This document shows positions 49,306 through 58,228 of a stretch of 62,194 nt of DNA, in pieces. The position numbers and the translations under genes are program-made. The notes beneath the pieces were generated by a model. It was not told the origin of the DNA. It searched no databases and saw only the letters and a list, made by a program, of their open reading frames with translations. How positions within the stretch are numbered: position 1 is the first letter of the stretch; every line of letters starts with the position of its first letter. This stretch comes from a virus (taxonomy: Duplodnaviria; Heunggongvirae; Uroviricota; Caudoviricetes): positions 1-62,194 of the IMG/VR virus record IMGVR_UViG_3300036829_000172; one strand, 5' to 3'.

Positions 49306-49875
49306 ATGGCTGGTGGCCAGCTGGGGTTCGAGCTCGACAGCTTCTACAGCAGCGCCGTCCTGTCGCCGTGCGAACACCACGGCGCTGATTGCACCGAAGT
49401 GGGCGGCGACCACCCGCGGCTGTACCGGTACGAGCTGATCCGGCGGTGGAGTGACGGCCCGCTACTCGAGTTCGTCATGCTGAACCCGTCGACCGCTGAC
49501 GCGACGAGAAATGATCCGACGATCGGGCGGTGCATGGGTTTCGCGCAGCAGTGGGGGTTTCATGGGATTCGGGTGACGAACCTGTTCGGGCTGCGCGCCA
49601 CAAACCCGCAGGAGCTGTTCCAGGTGGTCGACCCGGTGGGGCCGGAGAACCGCCGGTATCTGGGGCGGGAGGACGGGGCGGTGACGGTGTGCGCGTGGGG
49701 GGCGCATCGGGCTCCTGCGGGTTTGCGGGAGTCGAGCCATTGTGTGCTTGCCGGGAGGTCGGAGTTGATGTGCCTGGGCTACAACATAGACGGTTCACCG
49801 AAGCATCCGCTGTACGTCGCGAAGAATGTGCCGTTGCAGCCCTACGACTTGAGGACAGGAGAGAACGGTGGGTGA
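49306..49875 (+). CDS. DUF1643 family protein (may start at GTG 49111)
   Basis: YRYEL.RRW, MLNPSTAD..NDPTI.RC, NLF..RATNP, AWG, PKHPLY. Confidence 0.85.
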   Translation: MAGGQLGFELDSFYSSAVLSPCEHHGADCTEVGGDHPRLYRYELIRRWSDGPLLEFVMLNPSTADATRNDPTIGRCMGFAQQWGFHGIRVTNLFGLRATNPQELFQVVDPVGPENRRYLGREDGAVTVCAWGAHRAPAGLRESSHCVLAGRSELMCLGYNIDGSPKHPLYVAKNVPLQPYDLRTGENGG

Positions 49876-50021
49876 CTGCGGCGACGGAAACGAGAGCATC
49901 AAAGACTCGGAGAAGTTGGTCGAGGCAACACAGCGTTTCGTGAAAGCCTGGGGTGAGGCGATCACTGAGCAGTTCAAGTCATTCAACGAAGGAACGCCGA
50001 GACACACACGGACGGAGAACG

Positions 50022-50390
50022 ATGATGCTGGCTAGACGTTTGACCGAGGATGAGGAAATGGAACTCTCGAATTTGAGTGCGGCGGTATCGGCAGCGATTG
50101 AAGCGCGGCGGGCCTGGTTGGACATCAAGATGCACGAGTGCTCACGCTTGCAGGTCGGCGATGCGATCTACAACGTGGAGACGGGGAGGAAGCTAGGCAC
50201 AGTGGTCGAGCTGTACCGGTATCACACAGATGGCAACGACCTGCTCGATACGTCTGTAGATTGCCATTACCGATACAAGACAGGGCCGCGGTGTTTTGAC
50301 AACACATCCAGACAGGTCGGCGTGTCTTTCGGGACGCGCGAAGATGCGATCCGCGAGGCAGAGAGACGGGCGGCGCGGCTGCGGGCGTGA
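50022..50390 (+). CDS. Hypothetical protein
   Basis: GGAG RBS, plausible composition. Confidence 0.5.
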   Translation: MMLARRLTEDEEMELSNLSAAVSAAIEARRAWLDIKMHECSRLQVGDAIYNVETGRKLGTVVELYRYHTDGNDLLDTSVDCHYRYKTGPRCFDNTSRQVGVSFGTREDAIREAERRAARLRA

Positions 50391-50415
50391 CCTGACATAG
50401 GGGAAGGGATCGATC

Positions 50416-50739
50416 ATGAAAATGATGCTTGCTATTGCGGCGGCCGCGACCGCGGGCGCGGCGAGTGTGGGGGTCGCGCGCGCGGACACACAGGATGACC
50501 AGTTTCTGCAGACGGTGCGCGCGCAAGGCATCAACGCCGACGCGGCGACGCTGATCGGGTTTGCGCATCAGATGTGCGAGGTTGCCGGCGGGCCGGCCGC
50601 GCTGGGGCCGCTGACCAACCTGATGACGACACAGGGGCTATCGGCGCAGCAGGCATCAAACGTCGCATTCGACGCCGCCCGGGTGTACTGCCCTGAGAAG
50701 ACGCCTATCGCGCCGCCCGGGTTCGCGCCGCCCGGCTAG
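50416..50739 (+). CDS. DUF732-family secreted protein
   Basis: Signal peptide ARA-D, DDQFL...GI, MC...YCP. Confidence 0.8.
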   Translation: MKMMLAIAAAATAGAASVGVARADTQDDQFLQTVRAQGINADAATLIGFAHQMCEVAGGPAALGPLTNLMTTQGLSAQQASNVAFDAARVYCPEKTPIAPPGFAPPG

Positions 50740-51080
50740 TCCGGCCAGACGGCGAGTCTCCACGTGTCGTCACGGCCGAAGGTGTGGACGTGGGGGATGA
50801 GGGTGTGCGTGAGCTTCCACACGGCAGTCCAGGGTTTTGGGCCTAGATGCTCGTAGCGCAGATGAATGTCCGGGATAGGGAGGAGGTCCGCGGTGTGGAG
50901 GAGGGGGGGATATTCGGCGGTCCAGAGGCCGGTCTCGTTGTCAACGGTGACAGCGTGGATGGTGCCCAGCGTGAGCGGGTGAAGCTGGCGGTCGAGGAAC
51001 CAGAGCCGGGGGCGGCGTTCGGGTGGGTGGGTGAAGGTGTAGCCGACGAACTCGTCGTCACTGAGCGGGACGGATGACAT
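50736..51080 (-). CDS. Hypothetical protein
   Basis: MSSVPLSDDEF...WRLAVWPD. Confidence 0.5.
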   Translation of the reverse strand: MSSVPLSDDEFVGYTFTHPPERRPRLWFLDRQLHPLTLGTIHAVTVDNETGLWTAEYPPLLHTADLLPIPDIHLRYEHLGPKPWTAVWKLTHTLIPHVHTFGRDDTWRLAVWPD

Positions 51081-51102
51081 CTCGGACAGACCTGTGGTGG
51101 AT

Positions 51103-52035
51103 TCAGACGTGAAACGGGCCGTTGACATGATGCTCGGTGTGCACCGGGTCCAGTCCGGGAGTTGATGGCGGCGGAAATAGACTGTCTGATTTGCGACCTG
51201 TACGCCGTGATCGACGTGTAGCCGGGGAACTCGTCGTTGAGGGACGTGGCCCGACATCGTCATGGTGATCGTCGGTGTCTGCTGCGGGTGGCGCGGTGTG
51301 GTGGAATTTGTGTGACTCGTCGTAGAGCAGATCGATGTGTCTCTGCATCTCCGTCACGTCGTCGCGGGCGCGGGCGATCGCCTCGGTTTGACGTTGTAGC
51401 CGCGCGGACAGTGTCCGCAGCCGCTCTTTGACAGCGGTGATCGGGATCAGGGACGGGTGCGGGGTGGGGTCGGGACCACGGCGGACCGGGACGCCGCCCT
51501 TCAGCGCCGCCATCGCGGAACCAGGCTCCCACATCAGGTGAGTGTCGATGCGTTCAAGGGTTTGAGGGGTCGGGGTGTAACCGCGCCGGCCGAGCGTCGC
51601 CAGGGTTGAGCGGCCCACGTCGGAGATTTCAGCGAACCGGACCTTGGACAGGTTGAGCTCACGGAGCCGGGCAGCGATCCACCGTGTCAGATTCGGGTAG
51701 TTGTCGGCGGCGTCGGCGTCGTAAGTGGGCCGGCGCGATCCGGTCTGTTGTTCGCGTGCGACGGGCTCGCGGCCGTACAGTGCGGCTTGAGCCGAACCGG
51801 GCTCCCACGACAGCAGGGCATCAAGATTGGCCAGGGTGGTGGCGGTCGGAACCCGGTCGGTTAGCCCGGACAGTGTGGAACGTGAGACATAGCCGAGCTT
51901 GCTGGCGGCCAGACGGCTCAGGCCGAGCTCGCGGAGTCGAATGTCAACCATTTTGGCTAAAAAGTGGGGGAGCACGTCGTCGGCGCCGTCGACGTCGGGT
52001 GTCATGGTGGCTCCATCAATTGACATGCATAACAC
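51103..52035 (-). CDS. Tandem double XRE-HTH repressor-like protein
   Basis: Two repeats of RLREL.LS...RSTL...PT..TL..D..L.WEPGSA.AAL. Confidence 0.75.
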   Translation of the reverse strand: MLCMSIDGATMTPDVDGADDVLPHFLAKMVDIRLRELGLSRLAASKLGYVSRSTLSGLTDRVPTATTLANLDALLSWEPGSAQAALYGREPVAREQQTGSRRPTYDADAADNYPNLTRWIAARLRELNLSKVRFAEISDVGRSTLATLGRRGYTPTPQTLERIDTHLMWEPGSAMAALKGGVPVRRGPDPTPHPSLIPITAVKERLRTLSARLQRQTEAIARARDDVTEMQRHIDLLYDESHKFHHTAPPAADTDDHHDDVGPRPSTTSSPATRRSRRTGRKSDSLFPPPSTPGLDPVHTEHHVNGPFHV

Positions 52036-52143
52036 CTATCTTTCTTGCCAGAAAGATGGTACCGCGGCCATTGCCGTTCTGATAGAACAGCTTAAGCAAG
52101 ACGGCGACAGCAGATTACGCGACGCGCGGGCAGCTGAGAAGTC

Positions 52144-52179
52144 TTGCACGTTGGGCAGGCTGTGGTGCATGCTGTGCAA
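52144..52179 (+). promoter_or_regulatory. Putative promoter of ESX-associated operon
   Basis: TTGCAC-n18-CATGCT; TTGCAC/GTGCAA inverted pair. Confidence 0.35.
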
Positions 52180-52213
52180 AAGGTAATCAGACGTGATTAC
52201 GGGAGGTTATCCA

Positions 52214-52522
52214 ATGCCTGATATCTCACTGGACACCGATTCCGCGGCCGCCAGCGCCGCGCAGTGGCGGTACTACGCCGAACAACTCGAACAACACGGA
52301 CAACACCAGCACGTCCCGCCCGAGTCACTGCCATCGCTGCTCGGCGACGTCTACGCCGACTACACCGCCGCCAAGATCGCCGAATACGAGGCCAGAACCG
52401 CCGCATATTCACGGGTCGCGGAGCAGGCCCGGGCGCACGCCGCCAAACTCGAAAACACCAGGGCGCAGTTCACCGCAGCCGACGAAGAGTCCGGTCAGCG
52501 GCTCGCAGCCCTGGGAACATAG
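52214..52522 (+). CDS. EspC/WXG100-like type VII secretion target
   Basis: About 100 aa, helical, C-terminal FxxxDE-like signal; GGAGG RBS. Confidence 0.7.
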   Translation: MPDISLDTDSAAASAAQWRYYAEQLEQHGQHQHVPPESLPSLLGDVYADYTAAKIAEYEARTAAYSRVAEQARAHAAKLENTRAQFTAADEESGQRLAALGT

Positions 52523-52530
52523 CAGGCGCT

Positions 52531-54159
52531 GTGCCTGTCACCGTCGATCCGGAAGGGCTGTCCAGCGCCGGGACCGGGCTAGCCGGTACAGCTGCGGCCG
52601 TGCCGGATCCGCGCATGTGTCAGCCGCCCGCCGCCGATCCGGTGTCGGTGTGGATGGCGACGGTACTGAACTCGTCGTGGACGGCGGTGGCCGCGCTCCT
52701 ATCCCACGCCGCGGCGCTGCGCTCGGCGGGCGCAGCGAGCCTGTCAGCCACAGCGCACAGCCTTCAGGCGACCGACGAAACCAACGCCGCAGCGATCACC
52801 GCAGGCCAGCCGTCGGCGGCCGCAGCGACGATGCCCGCCGCGGTGGCCGCGATCCCCGCACCCACCCTTCCCCCGCTTCCGGCGCTACCGCCGCCACCAG
52901 CCCCGCTGCCCGGCGAGCAACTCGCAGCCCTGGTGCATTCCGGACCCGGACCGGCGACCCTGCGCGACACGGCATCCGAACTGCGGGCCACCGCCAGCCG
53001 AGTCAGCGCGCTTGCCGACGACACCCGCCGTTACAGGACCCTCGTCGACACGAACTGGCAGGACGGCCAGCAACAAGCCGGCACGAACATAGCCGACCAC
53101 GCCCGATGGCTCGACGACGTCAACCAGCATCTGACCTCGCTCGCCGACGGTGCCGACCAAGCCGCCAGGCACACCGACACACTCATCGAGCAGACACCCA
53201 AGCCAGAGGAATTCGAGCAAGCCCGCCACCAAGTGGCCCTGGCGATCGCGCAATTCAAGGCGTCAGGCGGGCTTAACCCGATCCCCGTCACCACCGCCAC
53301 CGCGCATCTGGCGAAAAAGCAAAGCCAGGCGGTCGCGGCGCAAGAGACATATCACGTCGCCAGCACAGCCACCGCGGCAGGCCTACCCCCGACACCCGCC
53401 CCAGCACCCCCCATCGTGCGAGGCGAACCCGCCCACAAAAAACAAGACACAGCCAAAAAGAAACCCGAACCCGACACTGCAGGCGAGGACACCACAGACG
53501 GGCAAGACCCCGCACAGCCCGAGACCCCGCCACACGAAGCACCCGCAACCCAAGCTGCGGGCCCGGTCCCCGTGACTGATCCGTCGACAGCGGCAGTCCC
53601 CGCGATGGTCGCCCAAATCGCCGGCACCTTAGTCGGAGCCGGAACCGGCACGCTCGGTCAGCTGGCAAGCGGACTGCAGGGCGCCGCAGCCGCGCCGCTG
53701 TCAGCCTTGTCCAGTCTCACGTCAGGGCTCGGCGACAGCGGCACCAGTTGGGACCCGCCGCACTCGTTGGGCGCGGACCCGGCGATCGACGCGATCCCCG
53801 ACGCGGGATCATCTGACCCGACTGGTGACGGCGGCGGTACCGGGGCCACCACACCGGCGGGCGCGGGCCCAGTATCAGGCCCCGCGGTCAGCGCAGTCCC
53901 AGTAAGCACCGCCATGCCCGCTGGCGGACTCGGCGGCGCGGCGGGACCGCAGACCGGTACCGCAGGTCCGGGTATCGGCGGTATGGGCATGATGCCGCCG
54001 ATGATGGGCGGCATGGGCGGCCGCCCAGCCGAGCGTGAACGCGATGGAAAGGACCGTCGTGTAGTGCTGCGGCCGGAGCCCAACACCGAGCCGGTGTTCG
54101 GCGAACTGGACCGACGACGGTCCCGGCGAACCCAACAGCAACAAGAGGGGGATAAGTGA
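52531..54159 (+). CDS. PE-PPE fusion (EspB-like) protein
   Basis: VDPEGL..PPAADPVS (PE-like); PGEQLAALVHSGPG..W.DG (PPE-like); GMGMMPPMMGG tail. Confidence 0.78.
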   Translation: MPVTVDPEGLSSAGTGLAGTAAAVPDPRMCQPPAADPVSVWMATVLNSSWTAVAALLSHAAALRSAGAASLSATAHSLQATDETNAAAITAGQPSAAAATMPAAVAAIPAPTLPPLPALPPPPAPLPGEQLAALVHSGPGPATLRDTASELRATASRVSALADDTRRYRTLVDTNWQDGQQQAGTNIADHARWLDDVNQHLTSLADGADQAARHTDTLIEQTPKPEEFEQARHQVALAIAQFKASGGLNPIPVTTATAHLAKKQSQAVAAQETYHVASTATAAGLPPTPAPAPPIVRGEPAHKKQDTAKKKPEPDTAGEDTTDGQDPAQPETPPHEAPATQAAGPVPVTDPSTAAVPAMVAQIAGTLVGAGTGTLGQLASGLQGAAAAPLSALSSLTSGLGDSGTSWDPPHSLGADPAIDAIPDAGSSDPTGDGGGTGATTPAGAGPVSGPAVSAVPVSTAMPAGGLGGAAGPQTGTAGPGIGGMGMMPPMMGGMGGRPAERERDGKDRRVVLRPEPNTEPVFGELDRRRSRRTQQQQEGDK

Positions 54160-54347
54160 CAGGCAAGGCCAGACAGGCGTCGCAAGCTCTCGGCGAGGCA
54201 CTGGACGCGATAAACGGCTGGGAGCGGGCTTCGCGGTGGGTGAATGCTGAGGCCGAGTCTGACCCAGGCTTTGCCCTGTTACAGCCGGAGATCGACGCGG
54301 AGTTCATGTCACGGTTAAAGGCGACCGTCGGTCAGGAGGAGCGGTGA
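54156..54347 (+). CDS. Short protein sharing its N-terminus with the next gene
   Basis: MTGKARQASQA...WERA. Confidence 0.55.
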   Translation: MTGKARQASQALGEALDAINGWERASRWVNAEAESDPGFALLQPEIDAEFMSRLKATVGQEER

Positions 54348-54715
54348 CAGGCAAGGCTAGACGCGCGTCGCAGGCCATCGACCAGATACTGGACGCGGTC
54401 TACGACTGGGAACGCGCCGCGGACGCGTTCTTCGCGACCGGGTCCGACGACGACGACGTGGTAGTAACCCACGATTCACGCGGGGCGCTTATCGAGGTGT
54501 CGCTGCGGGCCGGACTGCAAAACGACCTGACCGTCGAAGAGCTCGAGACAGCGATCAACGACGCGATCGCCGAAAACCTCACCCGCGCGCAGGAAGGTCT
54601 CGCGGAGATCAGCGCACAGTTTCGGGCGCGCTGCGAGCAGATCAGCGCGGCGGTCGGCCCTCACCCGTTCGGCGACGAACTGGTCGCGGCGCTAGTGGCA
54701 GCAGGAAGGAACTAG
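54344..54715 (+). CDS. YbaB/EbfC (EspL-like) protein
   Basis: VVVTHDSRGALIEVSL...ELETAINDAI. Confidence 0.7.
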   Translation: MTGKARRASQAIDQILDAVYDWERAADAFFATGSDDDDVVVTHDSRGALIEVSLRAGLQNDLTVEELETAINDAIAENLTRAQEGLAEISAQFRARCEQISAAVGPHPFGDELVAALVAAGRN

Positions 54716-54716
54716 C

Positions 54717-54992
54717 GTGGACATCCACAAAGAGGACGACCTGCCCGTGGTGGCGGTCGCATGGACGCAGCTACTGCCGGTCCCGCTACCGCACCTGCCG
54801 GTCCCGCCCGCTGCCGACCCAGCGTCAGCCGCGGCCGCCGCAGCCATGGCGGACTGGCCGGGCTTTCACGAGGCATTAGCGGCGCAGAGGCAGACGAACG
54901 CCGCGCAACTCGGCGGGGCAGCAGACCAAACGGACACGGCGCTGGGTACGGCCGACCAAGTCAACGCCGCCGGCATCACCGGCACGGCATAA
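54717..54992 (+). CDS. PE-like small protein
   Basis: PPAADPAS...ADQVNAAGI. Confidence 0.55.
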   Translation: MDIHKEDDLPVVAVAWTQLLPVPLPHLPVPPAADPASAAAAAAMADWPGFHEALAAQRQTNAAQLGGAADQTDTALGTADQVNAAGITGTA

Positions 54993-55002
54993 GGAGCACA
55001 CA

Positions 55003-55533
55003 ATGGTCACCAGGTATGAACCAGCACCGCCCGCTACCGCACCGCTGCCCCGTGCATTACCGCCGCCGCCGCCGCGCCGAACACGTATGGCGTTAGGTGT
55101 CGCGGTGCTGTCAGTTTTCGCCGCAGCGATAGGCGGGGTAGCGGTCGGCGCGTATCTCAACACGAACACAGTCACGGCCGCGCCGCAGCCCACGGCGACC
55201 GCTCCGACCGCGGAACAGATCCGCATCGCGACGATAGATCTGTGCACCCGATACGCCACCGGCTACACGGCCATGCCGGACTCGCCGTCAACGGCGGCAG
55301 ACGTGCTGCCGACCCTGAACTACATCGGCGCGGCACTAGCTGACAACCCGGCCGCCGACGCGCCGATCCGGACGGCTGTCGCCGACAGCCTCAATCTGGA
55401 CCGGGGGCAGGCAGCGCATCTGAGCCGCACGCCAGGCGACGGCGCCATCCAGCCGCCAGCCCAGTGGCGCGGTGTGGAAGCCAACGCGGCCTCCGAACAT
55501 GTGTGGGGGCTGTGCCGGGCGTACAGGGGCTAA
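55003..55533 (+). CDS. Membrane-anchored Ala/Pro-rich protein
   Basis: Pro-rich N-terminus, TM helix, Cys pair. Confidence 0.65.
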   Translation: MVTRYEPAPPATAPLPRALPPPPPRRTRMALGVAVLSVFAAAIGGVAVGAYLNTNTVTAAPQPTATAPTAEQIRIATIDLCTRYATGYTAMPDSPSTAADVLPTLNYIGAALADNPAADAPIRTAVADSLNLDRGQAAHLSRTPGDGAIQPPAQWRGVEANAASEHVWGLCRAYRG

Positions 55534-55536
55534 GCC

Positions 55537-57876
55537 ATGCAAGATTTTGAGGCCGGCATCAAAGCCGCGGCATGGCCCACACATGACCCGAGCTTGTTCT
55601 ACAACATCGCCGAGATGCATCAACAGCAGGCGACCAAGCTCGACGACGCCGCACACACGTCCTACACGACGTTTCGGCCGCGGTTCGCTCAAGCACTACA
55701 AGGGCAGGCGGGAGACGCGCAGCTCGCGTCGCACGACCAGAACATAGCCCTGTGGCAGCGCCACGCCCAACAACACCGAGGTGCGGCCGCGGCCGCCAAC
55801 GAGGTCGGGCGCGAGCACGCACAACTCAGGCACGAACTGGGGCTGCTGATCGACGAGGGCCAACCCAAGTATGACGAGGCTGTCCAAAAGCGGCAGCCCG
55901 CAGCAGCGGTGCAGATTTACGCGGGATACCGGGCGGAGGCCGTCGGCCTGGCCACCGAAACAGCCGGGCGGATCACCGGGATTCTGGGAACCAACCCGCT
56001 GTCACCCGCCCCAGACCCCGGCGGCAAAGGCGACAAAGGCGGCCGAGGCGAGAAGGACGGAAAAGGGGACAAGGACGGAAAAGGCCCGTGGTCAGCCGAC
56101 GACCCCACCAAGGACCCGTCACCCGAAGACGGGTCAGGAAAACCCGACCCCGCTTCGGGGAAAGGTGACAGCCCGGCACCCTGGTCGGCCAGTGACCCCA
56201 CCGCAGCGAGCCCGTCGCCGGCGCATGAACCCGCCGCGCCTTCGCCGCTCGGAGCCGGCGGATCGGCAAGCCCCGGCGGTGTGTCATCGGCCATGAGCGG
56301 CGTGAGCTCGGCCGGCTCAGGCATGCACCCGCCGTCGGTACCCTCGAGCTCCCTGAGCGGGCTCTCCTCTGGGCTGACATCACCCGGGCTGACATCACCG
56401 GCATCCGCAGCGTCATCGGAGGCCTCATCACTTCCGCGAACGGCCGCCATGCCCAACGTCGCCGGAGCTTTCTCATCCGGCGTGCAGTCCGGGCTAGGCG
56501 CAGGAGCGCCCGCAGCCGCGGCAGGCGGGCCACCCCCGGGAGGATTCGCACCTGCGGGCCCCCAGTACGCTCAACAACCTCTGGCGCCGTTCGCATCCGC
56601 ACAGCCCGCCGTCGCACCAGCACCAGCGAGCGGACCTGTACCCGCGTCAGCAGGCGCAGGCCCAGCGGCGCCGCCGGCGCCGTCCGGGTCTCCCGGTGGG
56701 ATGATGGCCGCCCCGATCGCGGCCGGCCAGCCGATGGCGCCCTACAGCATGCCCGGTGCTGGTGCTGGCGGTGTCACACCGACCAGCGTCGCCGCATCGC
56801 CGAACCCGGCCGTCCAGTCGGCGGTCGCTTCGGGAGGCGCTGCACCGCTCATCGCAGGAACAGGCGGAGCAGGGACCAGCTCAGGGCTAGCGGCCAGCAG
56901 CAGTGAACCCGACCACAACATGATCAGAGCCCGCGCAGTACTCGACGGTCTCGTACGCGGAACCGAGCTCGCAAGGCTGCCCTCACAAATCATGTGGGCC
57001 GTAGCCGTCGTCGACGCCGCGACCACCCCCCAGATCGTCATAGCCAACAACATGGGCGGCGGCGGATATCTGCCCTCCACCGTGTACCTGCCGGTCGGCG
57101 CGCGGCTAGCAGTCAACGACCCCGCGCTGCCGCAAGGCTGGGCCGGTAACGAGCTCATGGGCTGGCAGCGCCCGAGCGTGATCATCGACCGGTACTACGA
57201 ACGGCTACGCGAAGCCCCGGTATACGGGGTGAGGGTGCTGACGGTAGTCACCACCGAGATGTGGCCCCACCGACCGCGGTGCGGCGGCAGTTTCGCGGCG
57301 GTCACGGACAGGGAAATCCTGCACCACCCGGGCGAGGCCCCCGAATTTGACGGATGGCATCAGCACCGGCTGTCGGTGATCGACCCAGGCCTACGGTCAC
57401 GGCTGGACAGCCTCATCGGGGCGGTGAAACCTGACATCCGTCCGCAACTGCAGCGCGAGCTGGCCGTAGGGGTAACCGAGGCGGTGCTCAGGGCTGCCGC
57501 ACAGCCCGACGACACCGGCCAACGGCTCAGCTTGCCCCTCGATGAGCAGCTGTGGGCACAGGTGACGACGGGTGCCGCGGCCGACGAGGAATGGCAGAAG
57601 TGGGCGCAAGAGTCGGACGAGGCGCGGGATCTGCCCGAGGTCCATGCGCCGCAGGACCCCGACGACTCCGCAGCATCACGCACCGGACGGCTGTGGTACA
57701 CGCACTGGTACAGGTCGGCGAGGGTTGCTGAGCTGCTGCAATGCTGGCACCCAGGCGGCGGGCACGGTGTGTCGACCATCTACGACGCGCTGTACTGCGG
57801 TTGCGCGGCCGGTTTCGCGGATCAGGTCGCGACCGTGGTCAGCGAGGTCGAACGGCAATACGCGCGGCAGCGGTAG
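55537..57876 (+). CDS. EspK-like ESX-associated protein
   Basis: WP..D N-terminal WXG-like domain, long Pro/Ala linker, C-terminal WAVAV..IVIANN.G.GYLP. Confidence 0.7.
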   Translation: MQDFEAGIKAAAWPTHDPSLFYNIAEMHQQQATKLDDAAHTSYTTFRPRFAQALQGQAGDAQLASHDQNIALWQRHAQQHRGAAAAANEVGREHAQLRHELGLLIDEGQPKYDEAVQKRQPAAAVQIYAGYRAEAVGLATETAGRITGILGTNPLSPAPDPGGKGDKGGRGEKDGKGDKDGKGPWSADDPTKDPSPEDGSGKPDPASGKGDSPAPWSASDPTAASPSPAHEPAAPSPLGAGGSASPGGVSSAMSGVSSAGSGMHPPSVPSSSLSGLSSGLTSPGLTSPASAASSEASSLPRTAAMPNVAGAFSSGVQSGLGAGAPAAAAGGPPPGGFAPAGPQYAQQPLAPFASAQPAVAPAPASGPVPASAGAGPAAPPAPSGSPGGMMAAPIAAGQPMAPYSMPGAGAGGVTPTSVAASPNPAVQSAVASGGAAPLIAGTGGAGTSSGLAASSSEPDHNMIRARAVLDGLVRGTELARLPSQIMWAVAVVDAATTPQIVIANNMGGGGYLPSTVYLPVGARLAVNDPALPQGWAGNELMGWQRPSVIIDRYYERLREAPVYGVRVLTVVTTEMWPHRPRCGGSFAAVTDREILHHPGEAPEFDGWHQHRLSVIDPGLRSRLDSLIGAVKPDIRPQLQRELAVGVTEAVLRAAAQPDDTGQRLSLPLDEQLWAQVTTGAAADEEWQKWAQESDEARDLPEVHAPQDPDDSAASRTGRLWYTHWYRSARVAELLQCWHPGGGHGVSTIYDALYCGCAAGFADQVATVVSEVERQYARQR

Positions 57877-57958
57877 TTAGCCAACGCATGTGTGTATGTA
57901 TTGACCAACCTGTTTGTTTCGTGGGATGCTCTCAGGCGGCGCACTCGGAGGAGAAAAA

Positions 57959-58228
57959 GTGACGATCACCCATGACGCGGAAATAGTCGCGACAGCCGTG
58001 TCAGCCAAGAGAGCAGTCATGGTCGAGGTTTCCGGCGACGGATTCGTGTGCGGCGTCCGGCTGCTGGCCGACACAGTACGACGCTGGGACACCCGCGACT
58101 TCGAGGACAGACTCGTCGCCGTCGCCGCGGTCGCCCACGACCGGTACCTGGCGGGCCTACCCAACCGGGACGGCCGGTTCCCAACCCTCGACGAGGTCGC
58201 GGCCGCCGAGAGAAAGCTGCAATTCTGA
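57959..58228 (+). CDS. EspD/EspH/DUF2694-like small protein
   Basis: GGAGG RBS; C-terminal PTLDEVAAAE. Confidence 0.55.
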   Translation: MTITHDAEIVATAVSAKRAVMVEVSGDGFVCGVRLLADTVRRWDTRDFEDRLVAVAAVAHDRYLAGLPNRDGRFPTLDEVAAAERKLQF

